Source of the DNA: Laetmonice hystrix
Taxonomy: Eukaryota
Assembly (NCBI GenBank): GCA_965235115.1
Contig: OZ249436.1
Span: 38,628,001-38,692,000, forward strand
Direction: 5' to 3'
Length of the DNA stretch: 64,000 nucleotides
Shown here: positions 1 to 11,773 of the stretch, piece by piece
How the letters are laid out: every line of letters starts with the position of its first letter
Numbering within the stretch: the stretch's first letter is position 1
Made by a program: the position numbers and the translations under genes
The notes under the pieces: model-generated
Databases searched by the model: none
Told to the model about the DNA's origin: nothing
The model's input: only the letters and a program-made list of their open reading frames with translations

Positions 1-3000
1 TGTATTTAGTGAGATCCTGAAACATTGAGCGATACATCTTTGACGTTCCGGGAGAAAACGAAGTAGGTAGAAGTTAACCCGTACGTAAATCAAAATCTAT
101 CACAGTGGTTTTGGCCAGACGTGTACACTTACATAAAGGATTTCCGGCAACCTAGGATCAAGCAGTCGTGTCTCCTTCTTCAGTTTATCAAGGAAGGCCG
201 AGATAGCTCCTCTAAGACGGCCATCTTTCCTGATATTACGACAGAAAATGAGGCTGTACTATGATCGAGTTACATGTAATTTTCCACTTCCCTAATCCCC
301 AAACCCAGATCTGAGAATCAGTTGCTCTCCCATTAATATCTGCTCCTAAGTGATCCCTTATACTCCATACCCAGAGTGAGACTTATTAGGATATGTAGGT
401 CAGCATGACCCATAAAATCTCCTTTTATTCATGACATATAGTTTGATCACAAAGCCCAAGTATATTCAAGGAAAGCCTCCTGGGCAGCGTACCACAGGCG
501 GTTAACGTCGAAGGTTTTGTAGAGGAGTTTTCCAAGCTTCTTTCGATATTTCCTCGAATGTTTTTCTCTTTGTTCCAGATCCTTAAACACGGAGACGAAG
601 AACTGAAACGAGAATAAATAAATTGGATTTGTTTATCTTTTGGACTTTACTCCAGAATGTTATTAGGTTTCCAATAACGTTTACAATAGGCTGAAATCCT
701 TGGAAAGGGAAAGGATGACTCAACCAAACCTACCTTGAGACATCGGTTATATTCTTTTATCATCAGCAGCTCGATAAGCTCAAGTCCTCTGCGAATTGAA
801 AAAGAACGAATATAAAGTTTATAATAAATGAAGAAAAGAAATATTTTCATTAAGGCAACTAATATGCTTAGGAAATACAGGTATGTATTTTAAATGTGTC
901 CACTTTTACGTACTGTAGCTTGGCCTCTATGATGGCATTCGTCTCTGGACCTGGAGCATGCCGCTCTGTTTTACGCCACTTCTCGACTGTTGCCAGTAAC
1001 GCCTTAGAGTATTCTGTGAGCACATGGCAACTTTAAGTAAGTCATTCAGTGACGTAAGTCATTCAGTGACGTAAGTCATTAAGTGACGTAAGTCATTCAG
1101 TGACGTAACTCATTCAGTGACGTAAGTCATTCAGTGACGTAAGTCATTCAGTGACGTACGTCATTCAGTGACGTAAGTCATTCAGTGACGGGGTTTGTAT
1201 AATAGGAGCCTACAGACATACATGATGCGTGGCCGTAGGAAGGGTGGCAAAGGGGAACGATCCCTTTTAACCACCCCATAAAAACAGTTGCTCCAGATGG
1301 ATGGTTTGTGAAATCACCAGAAGATGATCAAAACAAACATTTAAAAGAGAGAGCGAGAAAGAAAGATTGTTCACCTATCCCCTGATCTGGAGGGAAGGGG
1401 ACGTCATTGTAGCCGTTGATGAGGTTGACGAGAGAGGATGTGATGAGGTGAAGTTCAGTACTGGCACCAAAGAAGCCGTACTTGACGAGACATATAGCCA
1501 GCCTCAGAACCTGAACAAGGCAAAGAGTTCGGTCAGGTTAGCTATACCTGAGTCTACCTTATGGCCCTCGCGAGATACGGTTCGGCGAGTTCAGGTTATT
1601 CAGCGTTTGGTTTCTATTTCGTGTCTATTATTACACAATCCTTGATGTCCAGCTCGGCTAGGTTGGATGTCATCAATTTGATTATTTTTACTTATGTTTG
1701 AGAACCCTAACACCTTGGCCACCCGGCTATCTCTCATTACTTTGCTGAGGTAACTATAGGCGTATACAATTGAAGTACTCTACCTCTTTGATGAGGACGT
1801 TTCTGCCCGGATTGGAAGCCACAAAGACCTTGTTCTCGCCAAGAAAAGCGAAAAGCCACACCCGCATTGTCGGAAAATGGGAATCAAAGTCGTGTGGAAC
1901 CTATAGGAATAACACACGCCACTAACGCACAAACATATTTAATGAGGTTAATTTTCACGTATTTCCATCCCACGAGTTTAGTTCATTGATTTTGTGCTCA
2001 TCAATACAGACTTACGTGGTCAGCCTCCGTTTGGCCGTAGTTTTCCACAGCGATTTCATCATAGACGAAGTTATTGGATGTTACCTCGATGATTGAGTAG
2101 TTGTCACCAACATCCAGGAAAAGACCTTCAAGAACAGAGTTTGTTTCTGTGAGTGTCTACCAAGCAGTGGTTCCTAAGTTTTTACAGGGAAGCGCGAGGT
2201 TGTCGGGAGGTAGGCCTACACACAGACACTTTCCCCAATGGTAAAACTTACCTATGAGTAAATCACAGAATGTAGCCCTGATTCGATCAGGTAAGACCTC
2301 TGAGCGCAGACCCAGGTAGGCGACCTCCCACGTGAAGAATTCACGGTTCCGTGTTATGACCTCTATAGCCACCTGGTTCCGGCCCTGGTTTAGTTTAAAT
2401 GAAATGAAATTTATTAATTATCTCAAGTTTAAAGATACTGCACATTTAGAAATTTGGTAAAAATCTTAATGCGACAATTGATTAAAATTATGATTCATTA
2501 AAAAGTAGGAGTTACTAGTAAATTACATATTAATTCATTTATTAATTAATTATTCATTTTGTTCACCAGAACAACTGACTAACTATTTATTTGGAGTAGC
2601 ATTTGTTGGCACACTATGATACTTCAGATCACGACTTTACTGTTTTACTTACGTAGCAAAGTTTTTTGTACAGAGCAAGCTGTCTCTCCAGGAACGAGTA
2701 GCACTCCTCGCTGTAGGTCGCGTTACTTGGCTAAACAAAATAATAATAAAATACAAAGTGAATCAATCCAATTTATATTACACTCCTTATAAAGTACATT
2801 ATTTTAATAGATCTACATCATTTAGTAGCTCTATTACTTGTGGTGTCAGTTTTGTGTTAATTATATACAAGTCTTGAAAGAAGGTCAATTAACTGCTTTC
2901 ATAAATATCTCGTTCTGGTGTTCGATGCCCATATTGCGTGTTACTATGACGTCAACATAAGACAGTAGGTGTATCATATAGACCCAGACACCGTGATCTT

Positions 3001-6000
3001 AGCAAGCTCACGTAGGTAAAGGTGTGCAGAGTAAGCCATGTGGTCCTGTTGTTGGTGGACACATAAAGTCTGTCAGTCTGCTTCCCTATGTCCTGTCCAA
3101 TCTCGATATGGTACACGCAATCCTACAGTAAGAGAATAACATATTAATGACAAGGCCTTGATGAAGGGTTAAAGAGTATAATATTTTAAATGCTGAGTGA
3201 TGGACGTAGTCTAGGGCCTAGTATAGAATCGGTGCCATCGATGAGTTCAGACTTTACCTTTCGTTTCTGGAGTAGGTTGACGGAGATCTGTGTCTGGTTT
3301 TCGGTCATGGCGATTCCGTTACACACGCTCACCACGCCGAGAAGGTCGAGATAGAGATAATGCTGAAACACGGATACAAGACTGCACGTCGGAGAGGGTC
3401 AAGATAAAGATAATGCTGCAACACGGATACAAGACAGTACGTCAGAGAGGGTCGAGATAAAGGTAATGCTGCAACACGGATACAAGACTGCACGTCGGAG
3501 AGGGTCAAGATAAAGATAATGCTGCAACACGGATACAAGACTGCACGTCGGAGAGGGTCAAGATAAAGATAATGCTACAACACGGATACAAGACTGCACG
3601 TCGGAGAGGGTCAAGATAAAGATAATGCTACAACACGGATACAGACAGCACGTCAGAGAGGGTCGAGATAAAGATAATGCTACAACATGGATACAAGACT
3701 GCACGTCGGAGAGGGTCAAGATAAAGATAATGCTGCAACACGGATGCAGACAGCTTGTCAGAGAGGGTCAAGGAAAAAGGACGGTCGTGGCAGCTATCCA
3801 ATCAACAACTTCCTTAAAAAATACCTTTCATCGATAACAAATGGGACAACAAATTCCAGCAGTGTGCTAACTTAGATATTGCATTTGCCAGGCATGGTTC
3901 CGTGCGTTATGCCCTAAATAAAGTCTCGGCTACGCCTCGATCCTATGCCCTAAATGAAGTCGTAGACACAATAGTGAAAGTAAATATTAAAATATACATT
4001 TTTAAAAATGTGTTTTATTAGCACCTTTTGTTCTCTCAGAAGACCGATGATATCGTCAATCTGTTTCCCGGTGATACGATCCACAATTTTCCGATTGTCC
4101 CGGAGCAGTTCGATCAACATCTGACAACTCTGCAGCCCTACTCCACCCTACACACCAAAACAATGACGCCACTTTAAACTGAAAATGATCATTCATCTAG
4201 AATGACACCTAGGCCTATAGCCATAGTTATATCGCCTGCTGAAAGACATTGCTGAAACAACCTCTTAGTGAGCAGGCTATCTCGATGTGACTTTGATAAC
4301 ATTAAGTGTGTACATATATGGTTCCAGTAAACCGAGTATCGAGTACGCTTTATTCTGAAATTCCATATTGAATTGGGGTATATTAATAAAACATAGATTT
4401 GTGGATGGGAATAGATTATCAGTACTTACCTTTGCCAAGAGCGTAGAGAAGAAGAAGACAATATATTTGGCCATGTACAAGGCATTCTTCTTACTACGTC
4501 CCATCACGTAGCAGTGCAGAACCTCGTATATGGAGCGGAACACCTAGGATTCGCAGGCATGAGATATGTTACATATTTATCACTGAGGTGTTCTTATAGA
4601 TAAGCATGACCAGGCTGGCAGTATCTGGCAGGTTTTTCACAGACAGTACCGTTAATTTTCTGTAACAGCACAAACCTGGGTGAAGTGAGTAAAATCCTTG
4701 AGGCCTTCATGTAACGGCGATCTCAGCAGGTCGACCATCACGTCGACTAACTAATAAAAACAACCAAAAAGGGGAAATTAATAATAAAATAAGGGATGTC
4801 AGGAATTTAAAATGGCATTCAGATATGAATTTAGAAAGGAATATTCCTAATTTCGTTAGTTCTTTTCACACATAATTATACAATCGCAATTGCGGCTCAG
4901 GACAGGGGCTAGAATCCCCTTACGTGTACATTTTTTTGTACTTTTTTCCTTTTTTTCTCATCGAACTTTCTTCCCCTTCTTTTTCTGTTCCCCCTTGGAC
5001 CTCTTTTCAAAAGTCCTGGCCCCGCCCATTTTATACAGTATGTTGCTTTAATGATTGGCAAGATTTTAAAGTATCATAGGGTTACCCTCAGATTCCGTAA
5101 GAGTTTCTGGTGATCCTTCTTCGGTGTACCCTTCTCCATGATGAAGGTTTTCAGTTCATGTAACGTCTACGAATAAAAAGAACATCGGTATGACTATGAG
5201 AGTATTACACTGATCAAGGCAGCCGGAACCGGGTGAGGGGTCATGGGGAACCCCTCCCCCCCCCCTCCAAAAAACCCTTTCAACCAAAAAAAAAAGGATA
5301 GTGTGTCATAATTTTGACTATCAATCTGACAGGCGCTACCCGTGTCAGCTCCGGATCCCACTTCCGATTGAGTATATATCACTTAAATTTTCCAACAGTT
5401 TATAAATATACAATATGGAAAGAAAGAAAATAATGTGTCCGCCAGCTAACATTTCTGCTGAACTTACGAAATGTATACTTTACAGTAATAGTTTGAGTCT
5501 TCCAATTTTAGTTTGAGGTGACCTTGTCTTAGAGAAGAAGAGAGAAACATGCTTACACCAATGATGCTCTGCGTCGACCTTGCATTCAGAAATACGTTTT
5601 CTTCCTTTCTCTATAAGCAAAAAATACACAATAATTCACAGCAGCAGCAAATGGGAGAGAAGTTTGTTAAGTGACTCTGAGGAACTGTTAACGCCAGAGG
5701 GCCGTTAGTGGGACGTACTGCCTGCGTGAGGTCCTTGAGGAAGGGCACCATCCCCGCCACGTAGTTAAAGTTGAACCAGTCTGAGGGCGCCACCTTCTGG
5801 ATGGTGTAGGCGTCAGGGTAACGTCGGGAACTGCTGCCTATCACCTGTACACGGGAAAATATACTGACATAACTCAACTCGGCTTCTTCCCAGGGACAGG
5901 CTTTATTTTGATGTCACTTTTTAATCGTTTACGATCTGTGTAATAGTTTTTAGGCGTTTCCCGTACTTGTATGCACTTTCCTTTTACTAATCATCAAATT

Positions 6001-9000
6001 GATATTTAGATTTATAAAAATGTTATCGTTATTTAAGGGTCTTACCTTCAGCAACGTGGCTCCATCCCATCTCAAGGCGTGCAGGTCGGAGCTCTCCTCA
6101 TCTTGGCACTGCTGACGTTCATACGTATCATCTGTTAACCACAGTTCGAATGGTTAGAAACTCAATTTGTCATGTACGTATCATAATTAACCACAGTTCG
6201 ACTGGTAAAACTCAATTTGTCATGTACGTATCATCTGTTAACCACAGTTCTAACAGTCAGAAACAATATCATTTGTTAACCACAGTTCTAACAGTCATAG
6301 AGCCAATATCATGTGATATAGGTAACCACAGTTCTAACAGTCGGAGACCCGATTTGTTAGGTATGTATTATCTGGCATCCACAGTTCTAACGGTCAGACA
6401 CACAATAGACCATGTATCCGGTGTATATCATCTATCAACCATATCAAAATAACCCGACAGACTCTTGGCGTTTCCTTGGTACCAGTATTACTAGCATTGA
6501 CTTTAGAGGAACTTATTCATCAAGAGACATTATTCATCATTCTTCTCTTTCCTCCTTCTCTGTTGTTATAAGTGTTTTGATATTGCGCACCTATCGGTCC
6601 ATGCAACCAACACCCCGATAAGACATGCTCAATGCGGCAGTCACTTCCACAACTGATATTCATATTCTGTGGTTTCTGAAAGCATTCAATGGGGAAAACA
6701 TATCAATTTAGAGCATTTCTTAAACCTAATGGATAAACACACTTTCGCTTACTTACGATTTACTTATGACTGTGTGTCTTCTCAAATTTAGGGTAATTAT
6801 AGAGTCTGACCTGGGATAGCGAGTACACCCTGAACACTGCCCTGGGGTCACAGCCGTCGGTGGTCAGCGCCACCTGGCCGTCGTCACTGATATACAGGTA
6901 TCGACGTGTGGTCATGTGACGAAACCTGACCGAGTCGTCCCAGTGGAGAACACGTCCGTCTAGGATACTGGTGGCGGCCTCTAGCTGCCAGTACGTGATA
7001 CCAGAACGAGGTTTGTACAGGGTACGAGGGTCGTTCGGGTTGATTTCACGCACCCGCAGGTGAACTGTGGAAAGGAAGGGAATAATTATGTTATTATGTG
7101 AAAAATTTGAGATCCGGCGGAAGCTTGAGAGTGAAGTAATGTGATTGGGAACCAGACAGGAAATGATCAGTGATGATTCTTTGATTTGTGAGGAATCGGC
7201 ACTGAAAAACAGTAAACATTATTACTCATGGGTGAATTGATAAAATTGTTTCTTACTTTTATACTTCATTCATTCTGCATGTAATTCTGCATTCATATAA
7301 ATATAGCTTTTCAACACATGCATCCAAATTATATGTATGGATTAACATTTCTCGTAAAAATGTACAGATATAGAGTAAGTGATATATTAGGTACCATTTT
7401 CTGTTGGTTCCTCCCCAAAGACTCCTTCCGCTGTCAGGAATGCTTCGATGTCTTTGTGAAACAGGCGTACCACATGACCGCCCTGCAGAGATAAACCACT
7501 CGTCAGACCAGCGACTACATTCTCGGTAACATTTATTAAAGTGTAGCCAATTTATTTCTTCACTTCTTTCTTAAAGTACTCTTGTGTATATTTCAGCTAA
7601 AATACATATTGATGTTATTCGAGACTTACCCTGACCAGTCCCTCCGTGTCATGATCAGGACTGGAGTGTTTGACCCAGGTAAAACTGGAACGATCTACTC
7701 CAAGGTTGAGTTCCGAGCTGCCAGAACATGAAGAGGGAAAAATATTCAATATTTGTTTGTTTTTTTTTTAAAAAAAGGTCTCAACTGATGTGAGAGAGAC
7801 AAGTATCAATGATGGCTTCAAGAAGACACATTGAGAATCCATACCCGAATGTGAAGTGGTCAATCTGGTAAGGGTCACTGGCGTGTAAGTAGCATCCAGC
7901 TGATTTTGCACTCTCAAAGGTGACCTGGTCGTAATTTTCAATCTGGAATACAAAACAACACGGCTTAAAAAAAGTCCTTATTTCTTATCATCAAAAATTA
8001 GAATGAGCTTAGACATCGAGTTAACAAAAGTCATTATGATATAAGTTTACTTACGAATTCTCCCTCCACCTTCACCTTGTAGCTCGGCAGGATTCTGAAG
8101 AGGGCGTTCTTGGAGGTGTGAGACTCGAGGCTAACCTGAAATACAACATACAAAAATACGATAAACATGAACACTTTTTGGACGGAAAAGGTAGCGGTAA
8201 TAAGGAACAAGCTAACCTACCATCATTTTACTTTTGTCGACATCACTCGTCTCCGACGTGCTCACGTGGATGAACTTGTTGGTGAACATGTGCCGGAGCT
8301 AGAAGGTAAGGTCAGCAATCGGTAAGTTCGGAATGTTTACAAGCTGTGTGTCAAGACATAATGTATTGGTAGTGTCCTCTGATAGCAACAAAACACTCCC
8401 TACCTGAATGATGTCTTCGGATAACAACAGAACGCTCCTTACCTGGATGGTGTAACAACAGAACGCTCCTTACCTGGATGGTGTAACAACAGAACGCTCC
8501 TTACCTGGATGGTGTAGCAACAGAACGCTCCTTACCTGGATGGTGTAACAACAGAACGCTCCGTACCTGGATGGTGTAACAACAGAAACTCCTTACCTGG
8601 ATGGCGTAACAACAGAGCGCTCCTTACCATGGATGCATGGTGTCCCCTGTTAACAACAACGTGCTCCTTACCTGGATAGTTTTCCTGATAACAACAGAAC
8701 GCCCCTTACCTGGATGGTGTCCCTGGATAACAACAGAACGCTCCTTACCTGGATGGTGTCCCTGGATAACAACAGAACGCTCCTTACCTGGATGATGTCC
8801 CTGATAACAACAACACGCTCCTTACCTGGACGGTGTCCCCAACAACAGAACGCTCCTTACCTGGATGGTGTCCCCAACAACAGAACGCTCCTTACCTGGA
8901 TGGTGTCCCTGGATAACAACGCTCCTTACCTGGATGGTGTCCCTGATAACAACAACACACTCCTTACCTGGATGGTATCTCCGTAGCGGACCCGTTTCCC

Positions 9001-11773
9001 TTGAAGCCGGATCTGTTCAGCCTCGTTGTCCTGCCGTTCGCACTCAGCTGCCACCTGCAGGATAAGTTCATCATCACCGAACAATGATGATCGGTGTTGC
9101 CGACCGAGAGCGCACATATTAATAAAACAGACGCCCGATATTGTATAGGTAAGGCCGACTATTTGTTATCTTCATAGCATACACTGTCCATTGATTTATC
9201 TTTTTAACAATTTTTGACTGGGTTTTCTTGGTAATGAAGAAAGTGGTACAGATGGCACAGATAAAAAATAAAGAAAAGTGCGCTGACCTTGGCTACTGCC
9301 AGGGCCTTCTTGAGGTCCTCGTCATCCGGGTAGTCTCCATGGGCCTCCAGCAGATTCTTGTACTTTTTGGTCAGTTTGTACCGGTTCTGGGACACCACCC
9401 GGAATGTTACGGCTGTAAGTAAAGTTAAGAACGTCTTGGTTAGTTTGTACCGGTTCTGGGACACCACACGGAATGTTACGGCTGCAAGTAAAGTTAAGAA
9501 TCTAATGGTTAGTTTGTACAGGTTCTGGGACACCACACGGAATATGACGGCTACAAGTAAAGTTAAGAATCTATTGGTTAGTTTGTACCGGTTCTGGGAC
9601 ACCACCCGGAATGTGACGGCTGCAAGTAAAGTTAAGAATCTAATGGTTATTTTGTACCGGTTCTGGGACACCACACGGACTGTGACGGCTGCAAGTAAAG
9701 TTCAGAACCTCTTGGTTGGTTTGTACCGGTTCTGGGACACCACACGGAATGTGACGGCTGCAAGTAAAGTTCAGAATTACTTGGTTAGTTTGTACCGGTT
9801 CTGGGACACCACACGGACTGTGACGGCTGCAAGTAAAGTTAAGAAGTTACGAAACTCTTTGTTGGTTTGTACCGGTTCTGGGATACCACACGGAATGTGA
9901 CGGCTGTAAGTAAAGTTAAGAACGTTTTAGTTAGTTTGTACCGGTTCTGGGACACCACACGGAAGGTGACGGCTGTAAGTAAAGTTAAGAACGTTTTGGT
10001 TAGTTTGTACCGGTTCTGGGACACCACACGGAATGTGACGGCTGCAAGTAAAGTTACGAAACTCTTGGTTGGTTTGTTCTGGGACACCACACGGAATGTG
10101 ACGGCTGCAAGTAAAGTTACGAAACTCTTGGTTGGTTTGTTCTGGGACACCACACGGAATGTGACGGCTGCAAGTAAAGTTACGAAACTCTTGGTTGGTT
10201 TGTTCTGGGACACCACACGGAATGTGACGGCTGCAAGTAAAGTTAAGAATCTATTGGTTAGTTTGTACCGGTTCTGGGACACCACACGGAATGCTACGGC
10301 TGCAAGTAAAGTTACGAATCTCTTGGTTGGTTTGTACCGGTTCTGGGACACCACACGGAATGTGACGGCTGCAAGTAAAGTTAAGAATCTATTGGTTAGT
10401 TTGTACCGGTTCTGGGACACCACACGGAATGCTACGGCTGCAAGTAAAGTTACGAATCTCTTGGTTAGTTTGTACCGGTTCTGGGATACCCAGGCACGTA
10501 CCCAGGATTGTGCTTAGAGGGGGGTTCCATCAGGACGAGAGGGCTGCCCGGGGGCTACCTGTGTTTTTGCACCAGTCGACCTGGGGACCGGAGGGGGCCG
10601 GGGGGGGGGTTCCGGAACCCCTGGAACCCCCCCCCCTGGGTACGTGCCTGATACCACACGGAATGTGACGGCTGTAAGTAAAGTTAAGAACGTTTTGGTT
10701 AGTTTGTACCGGTTCTGGGACACCACACGGAATGTGACGGCTGTAAGTAAAGTTAAGCACGTTTTGGTTAGTTTGTACCGGTTCTGGGACACCACACGGA
10801 CTGTGACGGCTGCAAGTAAAGTTAAGAACCTCTTGGTTAGTTTGTACCGGTTCTAGGACACCACTCGGAATGTGTTGGCTGCAAGTAAAGTTAAGAACCT
10901 CTTGGTTGGTTTGTTCTGGGACACCACACGGAATGTGCCGGCTGCAAGTAAAGTTACGAAACTCTTGGTTGGTTTGTTCTGGGACACCACACGGAATGTG
11001 ACGGCTGCAAGTAAAGTTAAAAATCTATTGGTTGGTTTGTACCGGTTCTGGGATACCACACGGAATGTGACGGCTGTAAGTAAAGTTAAGAACGTTTTGG
11101 TTAGTTTGTACCGGTTCTGGGACACCACACGGAATGTGACGGCTGCAAGGAGTGTGGAGGAGGGCGGTCAAGGTTGGCCGTATACGCTAGTGCGGGAAGG
11201 GCTACGGGTGGGGATTATGTACAGGGTAAGACCTACTGCCCTCAACCGAAAGTATCACCTAATCCACCCTGTTCCTGAGGACAATCTCTATATTGTTTGG
11301 AAAAGAAAGGTTGTTTTAAGAGTTTCTATATAAGGGCATTCACACTAAACTCCATTCATTTTCGTCTTTTGTTCGTATTCGATACAATAGGGCTGACATA
11401 AAGCACTCCTCATTCCGAACAAGGTTTACATAATTCAACTTAAATGGGAAATATTATAATAAAAACTGAGGTCTCGATATCATGTTGTTTCTGCACTTAC
11501 CGTGAATATTAGGAATCCCAACTGGACAACCACGGTCCTGCCCCGTGTACACAAATAATCCACTTTTGGCTATGCTGATAAAAAAAAGAAAATATATATA
11601 TTATTATCCAGTATCATGCATGGTTTTTACTGAAAGAAGTATCTCTTATTGGAAAGTCGTAGCTTATAGTAGAGTATTTAGGTAACTAACCTGGTCTTGT
11701 CACTGTTGACGTAGCCACCTGTGTCTTCACAATAGAGACATATGATATCGCCCATACACATGAACTCCGCCAT
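1..11773 (-). CDS. ITPR-like: Divergent inositol 1,4,5-trisphosphate receptor-like (IP3R/RyR superfamily) Ca2+-release channel, N-terminal ~989 aa (suppressor/MIR/RIH region), 30 coding exons, 3' end outside the window
   Basis: Hand-spliced exons, GT-AG and phase-consistent: 11691-11773 (ATG; MAEFMCMGDIICLYCEDTGGYV), 11501-11574, 9288-9412 (FRVVSQNRYK), 8968-9054 (RVRYGDTIQ), 8221-8298 (LRHMFTNKFIHV), 8055-8135, 7845-7942, 7630-7717, 7395-7482 (GGHVVRLFHK), 6811-7064 (WDDSVRFRHMTTRRYL), 6591-6675, 6046-6131, 5719-5844, 5557-5610, 5086-5166 (HQKLLRN), 4676-4750, 4430-4543, 4025-4147 (LLRDNRKIVDRIT), 3258-3362 (YLDLLGVVSVCN), 3012-3122, 2653-2730 (RQLALYKKLC), 2252-2384 (LPDRIRATFCDL), 2016-2125, 1784-1900, 1375-1510, 914-1013, 734-788, 493-602, 133-229, 1-16 (partial). 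The motifs are collinear with remembered IP3R motifs (FLHIGDICSLY, FKLCPMNRY, YGNVIQLLH, GGDVVRLFH, RQKLMRE, LLHNNRKLLE, FLDYLSDLC, QLNLFARMC, LPYDLRASFC). Confidence 0.93.
1037..1190. repeat. 17-bp tandem repeat (GTAAGTCATTCAGTGAC) x ~9, intronic
   Basis: Near-perfect copies read directly; the array ends about 22 nt from the exon-26 acceptor (1014-1015). Confidence 0.95.
3345..3772 (-). repeat. 53-bp tandem repeat x ~8 built from the exon-19 acceptor and exon start
   Basis: Minus-strand unit ...cttgtatccgtgttgcAG|CATTATCTTTATCTTGACC; AG dinucleotides at 3363, 3416, 3469, 3522, 3575, 3628, 3680, 3733. Confidence 0.93.
6120..6395 (-). repeat. Degenerate ~45-52-bp tandem repeat containing the exon-12 acceptor
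   Basis: Recurrent TAACCACAGTTC core; full copy of gttaacAG|ATGATACGTA at 6235 in addition to the used acceptor at 6132. Confidence 0.8.
8395..8978 (-). repeat. 31-39-bp tandem repeat x ~17 built from the exon-4 donor site
   Basis: Minus-strand unit GTAAGGAGCGTTCTGTTGTT(ATCCAGGG)ACACCATCCAG; the junction matches the true exon-4 end ACCATCCAG|GTAAGG at 8968. Confidence 0.95.
9368..11148 (-). repeat. 69-bp (63-bp variant) tandem repeat x ~24 built from the exon-3 acceptor and first ~47 nt of the exon
   Basis: Unit ttcttaactttacttgcAG|CCGTCACATTCCGTGTGGTGTCCCAGAACCGGTACAAACTAACCAA; 69-nt spacing between AGs at 9413 and 9482; explains the repetitive ORFs at 9204-11333. Confidence 0.96.
10491..10650. 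mobile_element. 160-bp MITE (hAT5-like, 5-bp TSD) inserted in the 69-bp array
   Basis: Perfect TIR CAGGCACGTACCCAGG...CCTGGGTACGTGCCTG; TSD ATACC on both sides. Confidence 0.92.

Noticed and set aside
1030..1032. Acceptor ttaaAG as the start of exon 26
   Set aside because: It gives a frame ending in TAG; the acceptor at 1014-1015 restores the NAIIEAKL frame and phase.
8395..11148. CRISPR-like appearance of the regularly spaced repeats
   Set aside because: There are no unique spacers; whole units are tandemly repeated, the context is a spliceosomal eukaryotic gene, and there are no cas genes.
9204..11333. Long repetitive ORFs on both strands (up to 216 aa)
   Set aside because: They are by-products of the 69/63-bp array; only 9288-9412 matches the channel protein in unique sequence.
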